Assembly (NCBI RefSeq): GCF_001194135.2
Contig: NC_068984.1
Location: 28,149,978 to 28,213,977 of the forward strand
DNA length: 64,000 nt
Origin: Octopus bimaculoides
Lineage: Eukaryota
Reading direction: 5' to 3'
The notes under the pieces are model-generated. The model was not told where the DNA came from. It was given only the letters and a program-made list of their open reading frames with translations, and did no database searches. This document shows positions 38,226 to 50,797 of the stretch, one piece after another (position 1 is the stretch's first letter; every line of letters begins with the position of its first letter). Both the position numbers and the translations under genes were made by a program.

Positions 38226-40392
38226 CTCAGTTTCTTTCACTGGCTTCTTACAGTTTCTGTCTATGAAATCCACTCACAAGGATTTGATTGGCCTGAGGCT
38301 ATAATAAAAGGCTGAACCACGAACTAAGATTCTCACTACATAATAATGCCTGCACCTTAGAGAAATTTATATATTTGTATATTATGTATTTTATGATTAT
38401 TAGATGAACACTCAATGCAGTATTCACTTTACTATAGACAATAAATAAAAACCAGTTAAACACAAATTTTAAATTCAGTTATGTATATTATCAATTAATC
38501 GATGAAACCATGGAGCAGCAAGGGAGCCTCTACCTGGTCATTTGACCTTCTAAAAGTAGCTGTCAATTTCCCTTCAAACCCCCACCATAACATCTTAAAG
38601 AGAAAAGACAAATTGAAAAAAATATTCTGGGTATATCATTTAAAAATATGAAGGAACGGTCATAGCGGGACCTCTTTAATCATAGTTGTGAAACAACAAA
38701 AATATCAGTTAAAGTAGTTTATAACTGAAAAAGTTTTTGACTTGTGTATGAGGCTATAATTACATCTCTCATTTGACAAAATAACAAATAAAATTGAGTG
38801 AATTATTTGCATAGCTGAAGGCAATTGTATTTAAATTATATAACCAAATAAGTAAGAGACTGAGTTCACGCGAGTGTAAAGTGACTTCACTAGAATATAA
38901 AGGGACATAACTTAATATTAGTTTCAAATTTTGGCACAAAGCCAGCAAGTTCGGGGGGAAGATGGAATAACATTTGATAGGATACTTCTTAATACCTAAT
39001 GATTGCGGTTATCTAACTGAAATGATCCCTTATTAAGCAAACCTTAAATGAGGAGCATTCGAGGTGTGACTGTCTTTTTAGAAGTATAGAAGACAAGGTC
39101 CTCCAGAGTGCCCTTTCCTTATTTTCAAGGACTGAGCATGATTTGAAGCAGATTTTGGCTACTGTTTCTAACTGGTTGAATGTCCACATAAAGGCTTTCT
39201 TTTTTGTATCCTTCTAATTTTAAGCTAACATTCAGTCAGTATCAACTAACTTTCATACTTGACAAAATTTGGTAAAATATATTCTATATTGGAATCGATT
39301 TAATTGATTTTGCTCTTTATCAGCAAAACCTTACCTTGTGCCTAGTCAGATTAAATCAATATTACTTAATTCAGATACGAGAAATAGCAAAAACGGAGTG
39401 TGATTACTGACTAGAAAGTGCAGATCAACAAGTGAAATTGCTCTCCCAGCAGACCCAGTTTCAAGTAGGTGGTGTGATTGAGGTCAACTATTATATATTT
39501 TCATTAGATTACCTCAGAAATGTCTGTGTGTGAAGAAGTCCAATGAAAGAGAACTAACTCTTCAAATGCACCCTATGTGGTCAAAATTCATGTTTTCCAA
39601 TTGGTGAGGAATGAAGATTTATTGAACATCTTACTTTCCTTCAAACAGAAAGTGAAATGCTTTTATTTCTATTTTGCTTTATCTTACTTATTTTTATCAT
39701 TTTTTTTTTTATATATAGCATTAATAAAAAAAAAACTATGAATTAAACATATAAATGTAAAAGAAATAGTAACTTTAGGGCATCAATATTAATATAAGTA
39801 TTTATTTATTCTTGACATCTGACAAAATTAGATTGTAACATGGAAGCCAAAACATTATCAAATAAAGCAATAAAACAATAAACCAAATCACACAATATCA
39901 AAAAAGAAAAAACAATAAAGTCTGCTTTTGTATGACTTACCCTTCAGAAAGGTTTGCATGAATTTCTTCAGATGAGTCTTTCCAATCTTATTTCTTTCCT
40001 GATCTCCTTAAATAAATAACATTTCAATTATCATTTATTTTGTCTTTTTTCTATCTTTACTTCTACTTCCAGTAGTTTCATTTCATTTATCCTTTATTTA
40101 GAGTAGTATAGATTGATCAAACTATTAGCCCTCACTTTTATCTTTCTGCCTACACCATATTTCAAGCAGTAGATTTTTCCAATCATCTAGTTATAGTGTC
40201 TCAGCATGGCTCTTTCAGAGTCATTTCCTGGTAAAGATCAGTTCATTTATCATGGCTCAAAACCTTTACGTATGTATGTATGTATGTACGTATGTATGTA
40301 TGTATGTATGTATGTATGTATGTATGTATGTATGTATGCATTTTTACATACACATAAACATATGTATGTATATGTCTATATATCTGTATGTG

Positions 40393-40437
<45 letters not shown>

Positions 40438-40769
40438 TTCATATACATGTGTATGTATCTATTTATAAAGAGAAAATGAGAGATAAAGATTGATGGTAAA
40501 AATAAATGCAGAGAAATAATCAAAGTCATGCCCTTGTCTCAGACTGAAAAATTCTGAATTCCTCAAGAAGCACCAAAATTACTTTTTGGAGAAACTAAGC
40601 AAAAAGCCAGTCGGTAAACACAGCACAAACTTAACACAGCATTACAATGATTTTGTTGTCCTGCATATGCACAATACGACAAATTTTCAGAATATCAATG
40701 TCATGTAAACATTCCACTGTCACATAAACGTGCCAACGTCACATAAGCGTGCAGGGGCCATATAAAAAA

Positions 40770-41030
40770 TAACCATACCAGTGTCATGTATAAATCACCT
40801 GTGCTGGAGGCATGTATACAGTACCTTTGCCAGTGCCAGGTAAAAAGTACCCAGTAAAGTGCTTGCCATTAGGAAAGCCATCATGCCATAGCCATAGAAA
40901 CCATATCGAAACAGACAACTGGAGCCTGGTGCAGCTCTCCAGTCTGCCAGCTCCAGTCAAACTGTCCAATCCATGCAAGCATAATAATGGACATTAAACT
41001 ATGATGGCAATGATGATGATGATGATGGAG
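40770..41030 (+). mobile_element. Diverged RTE 3' UTR end with (GAT)n tail
   Basis: GGAGCCTGGTGCAGC..CCAATCCATGCAAGCAT..GGACATTAAAC-(GAT)n. Confidence 0.7.
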
Positions 41031-41391
41031 CATGATCAACCAATCAACCAAACTTATGTCTACTAATTATATACTATGGAGAGTATATGAGTAATAGATA
41101 TTATCATCTATGGAGACATGAAAAGTTAAGATTATATCTATGATATTTCAACAGGTGACAAAATGGACAGAATTTAAGTGGCATTTTGTAATGGTTCTTG
41201 AGAAAGAGACAATGTTGATGATCTTCAAATGCTCTCCAGGGCTACTGATGTCTATATGATCAGGCCAGGTTGGTGCAATATCTGATGAAGAGAAAAGACA
41301 TGAGTGAATTGAGAGGGTTTGAAGTACGTGACATGAGACCATCTAAGCACGAAGAACAGAAGTTTACGGTAATAACAGTAGAAAAGATGAA

Positions 41392-41598
41392 TCTAGGACA
41401 TTTACCCCACCTCCCATGGACAATAACTCCCCAAGAAAAATTACCCATGAGGACCACAGATGATGATTTAAAACTTCTTAATGTGTTGGAGAGGAGGTAA
41501 TTAACTAAGCAGGATAATTGTCCTGGGGGTAGTTGTCGTTGAGGGGGAATTGTCCTATGGGGGGGGGGGTAATTTCCTAGCAAGTAATTGTCCCGATA
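41392..41598. repeat. Small foldback/MITE-like element with inverted subterminal GGACAATTACCCC-type repeats
   Basis: Left: GGACATTTACCCC, GGACAATAACTCCCC. Right: GGATAATTGTCC, GGGGAATTGTCC, GGGGTAATTTCC, GTAATTGTCCC. Confidence 0.55.
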
Positions 41599-43028
41599 TG
41601 GAAAAGACAGAGTGAAGAGACAACATGAGAAGAAATCATATCTAATGAAGTAAGAGTATATCTGGTGAGCAACTTCATGTCAGCCAATCAGATATCTCCA
41701 TGTCAATCAACCATTTAGTCAAGGACGTCTGTACTTATAGCAGCAACACCACTTTATGACTTTTATATGTAAATGTTTCTGCTACTCCAAGATGTAAGTG
41801 AGAACAAGCATTCATTTGCATCTTAAAGATGTGGCATGTCAATAAGTAAAATGTTTCTTTAAAGGGTTTCCATTCAATTCAGTAATGGGTAATAACACTA
41901 TGGAACATTTCAAGTACATAATTGAGAAGTACTTTACCAAATTCCCCTTGTTAGTTTACATATGTTAATAATGTCTCACTTTCCTGACTGCACAATGACC
42001 ATATAAACTCCGTAAATAGTACTGAATAAGAAAAGAAAACAATAACCAGCCATTATTTCTTGTTATGCTAATGCAACCCTCAGAAATGTTTAACAAAAGC
42101 TTACTTCTATTTAACCCTCGGAAGTGTTTAACAAAAGCTAACATCCATTTAACTTTATCCACATTACATGCATCAGCCGCTCTACTGTGTTAAGATTGAT
42201 ATAATCAGTTGTTTACAACACAGAAGAAAAGTCATTGGTAACAAACTATAAATATACTAGCTAAATAATATATTCTTGAGAAACAAATATCAGCCATGTT
42301 TCATGGAAGTTGGAACCTCTTAGACACAGGAAGTACAAACAAAATTGAAATTTACTGCAACTTTTTCTTTACTGAAATTGTCTTGCTGAGATGATACAAA
42401 GAGTCTCTGTGTCAATATAACACTAGATAAACTGAAGTTGTTCAGCAAATCTTGCACAGACTTCAATCCAATATAGTTGCCCCTACTGAAATGAGTTTAA
42501 ATAGTATTATATTTATATTGGAGCTTAGCTCATGAATTAGCTAGTATTAAAAAAAGTGTTTTGTGAGTTATTTTCTATTCTAATGTGTTACACACACGCA
42601 CTCATCAGACAATGAGCAAATTCAAGTTACTCAGGAATACAAGGATTGAAAAGTATTGTGAAAAACTATATAAAGATTAATCTATGGTTTTATATGATTC
42701 TGTAGTAATACGCAAATATATATACATATTAAAATACATTTAGTGTATTATATCATATTAGAATATCTAACAAGATTTTTAACAGAACACCTGTTTCAGC
42801 ATGTGTTATAACAAGAATCCTTTTCTTTCTTTCTTCTTTTCTTTTTTCGCTTGTTTATTTGCTTCTGAAAAAAAAAAAATAATAAATATTTTTTTATATA
42901 TTTATTAAGCTCTTTGACTTTGGAATAAACATTTTTTTGTGTTAATGTTCTTACTCACCTCATCAAAAGTACAAACAAAATAAACTATATGTTATTAGTG
43001 TTATTAGCTATCTTCTACATTTTTTTTA

Positions 43029-43088
<60 letters not shown>

Positions 43089-43472
43089 TTGTTATTATTA
43101 TTATTGTTATTCTACTTATTGTATATTTGAAAAGAAATCCCTAAAAGTGATCTTTTAACCCATAAATCCATCAACATTGAATGATTTGTTACAATAATTA
43201 ACGTGTCCCCTGAGGATCAAATGTGGTTGAGCATCTATATGCTTCTGGAATTTCTATCCCAGGGCTCCAAACAGCCATAATGGTGAGCTGCATGTCAGAA
43301 CCTTAATATAAACCTATGTTTATCCTTACTTTTCCTAGCTTTGCTCTGTAGTTCATTATTGGGAATTTTATTTAGAATAGTAATTAACAAATATACAAGA
43401 AGCAGACGGGATTAAGAAAATCTGCATGGAGCTTTAAACACACCAGCAGCAACCGTACATATGCTCAACTTA

Positions 43473-43936
43473 TACTCTTTTACTCTTTTACTCTTTTACT
43501 CTTTTACTCATTTACTTGTTTCAGTCATCTGACTGCGGCCATGCTGGAGTACTGCCTTTAGTCGAACAAATCGACCCCAGGACTTATTCTTTGGAAGCCT
43601 AGTACTTATTCTATCGGTCTCTTTTGCCGAACCGCCAAGTTATGGGGACATAAACACACCACCATCGGTTGTCAAGCGATGATGGGGGGGGACAAACACA
43701 GACACACAAACACACATACATATATATACACATATATACATGCTAGCATGGAAAGCGGACGTTAAACGACAATGATGATGATATATACACATATACGATG
43801 GGTTTCTTTCAGTTTCCGTCTACCAAATCCACTCACATGGCTTTGGTCGGCTCTAAGCTATAGTAGAAGACACTTGCCCAAGGTGCCATGCAGTGGGACT
43901 GAACCCGGAACCATGTGGTTGGTAGCCACTCCTGCG
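43473..43936 (-). mobile_element. Full-length SINE family B with a (TAAAAGAG)-type tail and a tiny RTE-tail insert at 43739-43782
   Basis: All segments are colinear with the copy at 59838-60528. Confidence 0.85.
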
Positions 43937-44219
43937 TCAAAATAAGCTAGTAGAAGTTAAGTGCTTTGGATATAGATAGCAAGAAGCCTTGGATGCAAAA
44001 CATGGGTCTAATCTACCAAGTCAGTCAAGTGATACACTATCCTGCTGTCATGTGTGTTCACTGAGAGGGAGATAAAACTGGGAGTATAAAGATGAAGGAA
44101 GTCTGGTAGATGGAATGAGGTGTTTGGAGGATGATATTTGGGGGAAGAAAGGCCAAGTAGCTGAATGTGTACAATGAATCTGCAGAAGGAGACAGAGGAA
44201 GGCAAGGGAAGAAGTGATA

Positions 44220-44765
44220 TATATATCATCATCATCATCATCATCATCATCATCGTTTAACGTCCGCCTTCCATGCTAGCATGGGTTTGATGGTTTGACT
44301 GAGGACTGGCGAGCCAGATGGCTGTACCAGGCTCCAATCTGATCTGGCAGAGTTTCTACAGCTAGATTCCCTTCCTAATGCCAACCACATCAAGAATGTA
44401 GTGAGTGCTTTTACATGCTACCGGCACAAGGACCAGTCAGGCGGTACTGGTAAAGGCCATGTTCAAATAGTGTTTTTATGTGCCACCTGCACAGGAGCCA
44501 GTCCAGTGGCACTGGCAACGAATTCACTCGAATGTTGTTTTTCATATTCCACCGGCACAAGTGCCAGTAAGGCGACGCTGGTAACAATCACGCACAAATG
44601 GTGCTTTTTGCATGCCACTGGCATGGCAACATCAGCAGCCCTGGCAACAATCAGGCTCATATGGTGCTCTTAACGTTCTATTAGCACAGATGCCAGTCAG
44701 GTGGTGCTGTCATCGGCCAAGTCAGCAAATTTGATTTTGATTTCACTTGCCTTAACAGGTCTACA
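44220..44765 (-). mobile_element. 5'-truncated RTE: 3' UTR with five hairpin units and (GAT)n tail
   Basis: (CAT)n-CGTTTAACGTCCGCCTTCCATGCTAGCATGGG, followed by units starting near 44403, 44470, 44537, 44600 and 44663. Confidence 0.85.
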
Positions 44766-44880
44766 CTCATACATACAAATATATATATATATGTATGTAT
44801 TTGTGTGCATGCATGTATGTGAGTTTGGTGTGTGTGTGCATTTGTGTGTGTGTGCATTTGTGTGTGTGTGTGTGTGTGTG

Positions 44881-44911
<31 letters not shown>

Positions 44912-45104
44912 TTGTGTGTGAGGGGATATATGTTTGTGTCTCCTCGTTTTGACATCATGCGATTGTTGTACATAAATGTAATCCATTTCCAATTTTCTGC
45001 AAAAACATGTCTGGCCAAGAGAAACCATTACTTTGCTCGCTGACAGGTAAAGATTATGAACAGGAAGGTCATGTGACCATAAAAGATTCACTTCCATGAG
45101 TTCC

Positions 45105-45320
45105 ACCCAACGCATGCAAGCACTGAAAAATGGATGTTAAATGATGGTGATGATGATGATGATGATGATGATGGTGATAATAATGATGATAGTGATGATG
45201 ATGATAATGATGATGATGTTGTTGTTGATGATGATGATGATGATGAGGATGACGATGATGATGATGATGATGATGACGACGACGACGACGACGACGATGA
45301 TGATGATGATGATGATGATT
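45105..45320 (+). repeat. RTE 3' terminus running into a 180-bp (GAT/GAC)n microsatellite
   Basis: CCAACGCATGCAAGCACTGAAAAATGGATGTTAAATGATG.. matches the RTE end; the array spans 45141-45320. Confidence 0.7.
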
Positions 45321-45686
45321 AATCTTGGATTGAAATCTCCATTCAATCTGGCTGTATGGAATGAATTAATTATCTGCCAACACAGCTGATTTTTTTTCAA
45401 GTTCACAATTGAGCCAAAAGGCTAAATTGATTTGTCGTTATATTTCATCTTAGTTAATGTAGTATTATTAAATCTTTACTATCTACTTCAAGAAAATTAA
45501 ATATTTGTTTCTTGTGCATTAACAAAACAGCAAATATTAATACTCTCCAGGCTATGCATTTTTCTTGATGTACAGGCTTGACATATCTATAAGAACATTC
45601 TATTTTCTTAGAGTATACAGAATGGAAATTAGATGAAACATGATATAATTTTAATAATGTATATTTAAAACATCTGGTACAAATTT

Positions 45687-46348
45687 CAGGAATGTCTGTG
45701 TGGTAAGTAGCTTGCTTACCAACCACATGGTTCCAGGTTCAGTCCCACTATGTAGCATCTTGGGCAAGTATCTTCTACTATAGTGTCAGGCTGCTCAAAG
45801 CTTTATAAGTGGATTTGGTAGACGGAAACTGAAAGAAGCCCATCATATCCTCATCATCATTTAACGACCGCCTTCCATGCTAGCATGGGTTGGACGATTT
45901 GACTGGGGACTGGCGAACCAGATGGCTACACCAGACTCCAATCTGATCTAGCAGAGTTTCTACAGCTGGATGCCCTTCCTAACGCCAACCATTCCGAGAG
46001 TGTAGTGGGTGTGTTTTACGTGCCACTGGCACGAGGGCCAGTCTGGCGATACTGGCAACAGCAACGCTCATATATATATGTATATATATATATATACATA
46101 TCATCATTATCATCATCATCATCATCGTTTAACGTCCGCTCTCCATGCTAGCATGTGTTGGATGATTTGACTGAGGACTAGTGAGCCAGAGGCTGCACCA
46201 GGCTCAATCTGATCTGGCAAGGTTTCTACAGCTGGATGCCCTTCCTAACACCAACCACTCCAAGGGTGTAGAGGGTGCTTTTACGTGCTACCTGCACAGG
46301 AGCCACTCCAGTGGCACTGGCAACGACTGCGCTCGAATGTTGTTTATA

Positions 46349-46394
<46 letters not shown>

Positions 46395-46628
46395 TATGCA
46401 CGTATGCATATGCATGTGTGTGTATGCTTATGTGTCTGTGTTCCCCACTCCCAACAACTGATGCTGGTGTGCCCATTTCCCCGCAACTTAGCAGTTTGGC
46501 AAAAGAGCCCGATAGAATAAGTACTAGGATTACAAAGAATAAGTTCTGAGGTTGATTTGTTCAATTAAAGGTGGTGCTCCAGAATGGCCGCAGTGAAATG
46601 ACTGAAACAAATAAAAGAATAAAAGAAT
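45687..46628 (+). mobile_element. SINE family B split by two antisense RTE 3'-end insertions in its internal (TA)n
   Basis: 5' half 45687-45847 ends GAAAGAAGCCCATCATAT; 3' half about 46410-46628. RTE ends at about 45848-46067 and 46101-46345, both minus strand. Confidence 0.85.
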
Positions 46629-47224
46629 TAGATAGGAGTTATGCAGTTATAGCCAGAAAACCTTAAGAAGTAATTGATTCTTTGTCAATACTACCTATGT
46701 TGTTTATTCCCAAGTGGGCCCTATTTGACTAACCTATTATCAAAGATATAAAAGACATGGTTTACTCATTGTTTTCTGAGTAATAGGGTACCCAGAGATA
46801 CATTACCTAATGTGTCTTTTTGTAAGACATAGGGTAGGGTTTGGGGACAAGTTGTCTTCTATTTCTATGAAGTTAAATGACAATGTAGAGGCCCTCTCTT
46901 TCGCTATGCATGTATTTGGAAGAGGAGGAAGAGATATTACATAAATAAAGAGAAAAGAACAGAATCGCATCCAATCCCTTTATAGAGGCAGCTGAGCTGA
47001 GAGGATTTTGACTGAATTTAATGCAAACAAGAATATTGATTATTGAATTGTTTACTAATAGATTGTTATATATTTTGATTCTGAGCAATTCATAGGAAAC
47101 ATAATTCAAAACTTCATTATTGTTTAGCTCCAGGTCAGTCTAACCTGAGTTGGTCAAAGATCAAAGGCATTCTTACTATAATTTTCTTAATATTTTCCCT
47201 AGGCATAGTTCATCCAGGAACACA

Positions 47225-47271
47225 TCATCGTCGTCGTCGTCGTCGTCGGCGGCGTCGTCGGCGTCATCGTT

Positions 47272-47308
<37 letters not shown>

Positions 47309-47350
47309 TCATCATCATCATCATCTAATGCCCGCTTTTCATGCTGGCAT
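47225..47350 (-). mobile_element. Tail-only RTE insertion (about 25 nt plus a long GAT/GAC tail) with an approximately 30-bp TSD
   Basis: TSD TTTTCC(C)TAGGC(A/T)TAGTTCATCCAGGAACACA at 47193-47224 and 47351-47382. Confidence 0.75.
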
Positions 47351-47383
47351 TTTTTCCTAGGCTTAGTTCATCCAGGAACACAA

Positions 47384-47645
47384 TATCATCATCATCATTG
47401 TCATTTAATGTCCATTTTCCAAGCTGGCATGGGTTGGATGGCTTGACTAAGAACTAGTAAACTGAGGAGCTGCACCATGTTCCCTCTGATTTGGCATGGT
47501 TTCTACACCTGAATGCTTCCTAATGCCAACCACTCCAAGAGTGTGGTGGGTGCTTTATATGTGCCACCAGCATGGGTGCCAGTCATGCAACGCCAGCATT
47601 GGCCATGACTATGATCTCACTTGGCTTGACAGGTCTTCTCAAGAG
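47384..47645 (-). mobile_element. 5'-truncated RTE 3' UTR
   Basis: (CAT)n..TTTAATGTCCATTTTCCAAGCTGGCATGGGTTGGATGG..TAATGCCAACCACTCC..GGTGCTTTATATGTGCCACC..CACTTGGCTTGACAGGTCTTC. Confidence 0.8.
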
Positions 47646-47879
47646 CACTTTGTCTAATATTATTTTGAATGAAAATTGTTTCTATTTCTAGCAGGTTTAG
47701 TGACCATATAGGGGCTTTGTGTTGACTCATATCACTGTATCAACCAGACTATCAGATGTTGTTATACAATGCTGGTCTGAACGCACTTCTTTGCATTGTT
47801 GTAGCATTGAAATGATGTTAACCTGCCGGCTAGCTGGGCAAGTGTAGAGTGTAAAGTGTGAAGTTACCGAGATCATGAC

Positions 47880-48040
47880 ATTCCCTCCAAGCAGGATACC
47901 ATTCTATCACAAGGCAATTCATCTACAGCTGAGTGGACTGGAGCAATATGAAATGGAGTGTATTGCTTAAGAACACAACACACCACCCGATTCAGGACAT
48001 AATCTTGTAATTGTGAATGTAACTACCTAACCACTAGACC
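47880..48040 (-). mobile_element. Diverged SINE related to family C
   Basis: Reverse complement GTGTGGTCTAGTGGTTAGG..GTTGTGTTCTTAAGCAATACAC..TTGCTCCAGTCCACTCAGCTG. Confidence 0.6.
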
Positions 48041-48786
48041 ACACATTTTTCATATTCATGTGATGATTAAGATGGAAAGCAATAGAAATTTTTCTCCATC
48101 GGAACTACTGAGTGTTGCTTTTGAAGGAGCATTTGGATTGCAATTTCATGAAGTGGTAAAGAAAACAATTGTTCCTTATAAGAATTCATAGGAAATTCAT
48201 TAGATGGTAGTTTCAGTGTCAAATTTTAATTTGGAAAAATTTTCTGCACCAAACATATTTCATGTAATTTCTTCAACCTGAGAATTTAGTATGTGGTCAG
48301 TGTTGTTGATGTTGTTTTTAGCTCCAGGTCAACCTTTATCATGTAGACTTGTGATCAAAAACATTCCAGTTGTCTTCCTGTCTTTTTAGAGGTATGGGTA
48401 TTTAGAACTACACTTTCTTATTTATCCTACTCTTCTTTTGAGACAATAGACTGTGATTTGAGAGATATTTGACCATTATTTCTGGCAGACAGATTAACCA
48501 CAAAAAGATCCCTTCATTGATTCATGAGGCAAGGGGTTGATGCAGTGGGCTTGCCTGCATAATCCTATGATCATTTATGTAAGAGTTTGAAAGAAATTAA
48601 CTGAAGTCCATCTTAGCTTAGACCAGAAATATCGGGCATACTAGACTGTTTGAGCTTGATAATGCAAACTTACAGAACACTCCTCAATGTTGCAGTACTC
48701 TTAATAGCTTTTACACTAATCTAATGCATTTAATATATATTTACAGCTGCTGGACTTGCACCAAAATTTGAAACCAATATATCTCT

Positions 48787-48980
48787 CTTTTAGTCTTTTA
48801 CTTGTTTCAGTCATTTGACTGCGGCCATGCTGGAGCACCGCCTTTAGTCAAGAAAATCAACCCCAGGACTTATTCTTTATAAGCCTAGTACTTATTCTAT
48901 CGGTCTCTTTTTGCTGAACCACTAAGTTATGGGGACATAAACACACCAGCATTGGTTGTCAAGTGATGGTGGGGGGAGAA

Positions 48981-49025
<45 letters not shown>
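48787..49025 (-). mobile_element. SINE family B 3' half; gap begins in its internal (TA)n
   Basis: Near-consensus GTTTCAGTCATTTGACTGCGGCCATGCTGGAGCACCGCCTTTAGTC. Confidence 0.85.
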
Positions 49026-50420
49026 NNNNNNNNNNNNNNNNNNNNNNNNNNNNNNNNNNNNNNNNNNNNNNNNNNNNNNNNNNNNNNNNNNNNNNNNNNN
49101 NNNNNNNNNNNNNNNNNNNNNNNNNNNNNNNNNNNNNNNNNNNNNNNNNNNNNNNNNNNNNNNNNNNNNNNNNNNNNNNNNNNNNNNNNNNNNNNNNNNN
49201 NNNNNNNNNNNNNNNNNNNNNNNNNNNNNNNNNNNNNNNNNNNNNNNNNNNNNNNNNNNNNNNNNNNNNNNNNNNNNNNNNNNNNNNNNNNNNNNNNNNN
49301 NNNNNNNNNNNNNNNNNNNNNNNNNNNNNNNNNNNNNNNNNNNNNNNNNNNNNNNNNNNNNNNNNNNNNNNNNNNNNNNNNNNNNNNNNNNNNNNNNNNN
49401 NNNNNNNNNNNNNNNNNNNNNNNNNNNNNNNNNNNNNNNNNNNNNNNNNNNNNNNNNNNNNNNNNNNNNNNNNNNNNNNNNNNNNNNNNNNNNNNNNNNN
49501 NNNNNNNNNNNNNNNNNNNNNNNNNNNNNNNNNNNNNNNNNNNNNNNNNNNNNNNNNNNNNNNNNNNNNNNNNNNNNNNNNNNNNNNNNNNNNNNNNNNN
49601 NNNNNNNNNNNNNNNNNNNNNNNNNNNNNNNNNNNNNNNNNNNNNNNNNNNNNNNNNNNNNNNNNNNNNNNNNNNNNNNNNNNNNNNNNNNNNNNNNNNN
49701 NNNNNNNNNNNNNNNNNNNNNNNNNNNNNNNNNNNNNNNNNNNNNNNNNNNNNNNNNNNNNNNNNNNNNNNNNNNNNNNNNNNNNNNNNNAGAAGAAGAA
49801 GAAGAAGAAGAAGAAGAAGAAGAAGAAGAAGAAGAAGAAGAAAGGAAAAAAGGAGATGATCATGATCAATATTTATGTATATTGAAATCTCTTTGATGGT
49901 GGAAAAGAGAGAATTTAGTTGTAGAGTTGCAAAAGAGTTTCCCTCCTCCTCCTCCTCCTCCTCTGTCCACCACCACAATCATCGTTGCTGCTGCTTCTGC
50001 TACTGTTGTTACTACTACTACTACTACTACTACTACTAATACTACTACTACTATTACTACTACTGCTACTATTACTACTATAATTTCTTTCATATGTAGG
50101 ATACATTATAGTGATATAAATAAACTCCAGTATGATAGACTATTGCAGTTTCATCATCCCCAGGTGGATTAAAGGTAGAAAACAAAAACATTTTGGTAAC
50201 ATTTGAACTCAGACTGTAAAAGGTCACAATTAAATACCACATAGCATTATAGTGCATGCTCCAAATAAATAAAAACAAAAGTGACACTAACAAGTGCGTT
50301 TGCACTGAAATATAGATTTACTTTATTCGTGAGTAACACAACAAGAGAAGAATTAATTTCAGGTGGCAGTAGCATTGCATCAGCGCCAAAGTCTGCAAGA
50401 CATAGACATATGTTCAAGCC

Positions 50421-50585
50421 TATTCTTTTACTCTTTTACTTGTTTCAGTCGTTTGACTGTGGCCATGCTGAAGCATTGCCTCTTAGTCAAAGAAATCAAC
50501 CCCAGGACTTATTCTTTGTAAGCTTGGTACTTATTCTATCGGTCTCTTTTGCCGAACTNNNNNNNNNNAAACACAGACACACAAA

Positions 50586-50619
<34 letters not shown>

Positions 50620-50797
50620 TATGTATACATATATAAGACGAGCTTCTTTCAGCTTCCGTCTACCAAATCCACTCACAAGGCTTTGGTCAGCCTAAGGCTA
50701 TAGTAGAAGATACCTACCCAAGATGCCATACTGTGCAACTGAACCCAGAACCATGTGGTTGGGAAGCAGGCTTCTTACCGCTCAGCTGCTCCTGCAC
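50421..50797 (-). mobile_element. Near full-length SINE family B
   Basis: Tail, body and tRNA head (..CAGCTGCTCCTGCAC) all present, with a short N gap inside. Confidence 0.85.

Noticed and set aside
42340-42490. Minus-strand open frame RGNYIGLKSVQDLLNNF after a TTTCAG acceptor
   Set aside because: No convincing donor and no recognisable homology.
44400-44720. CRISPR-like look (palindromic repeats at regular spacing)
   Set aside because: Eukaryotic context, the whole unit is repeated (no unique spacers), no cas genes, and it lies in an RTE 3' UTR.
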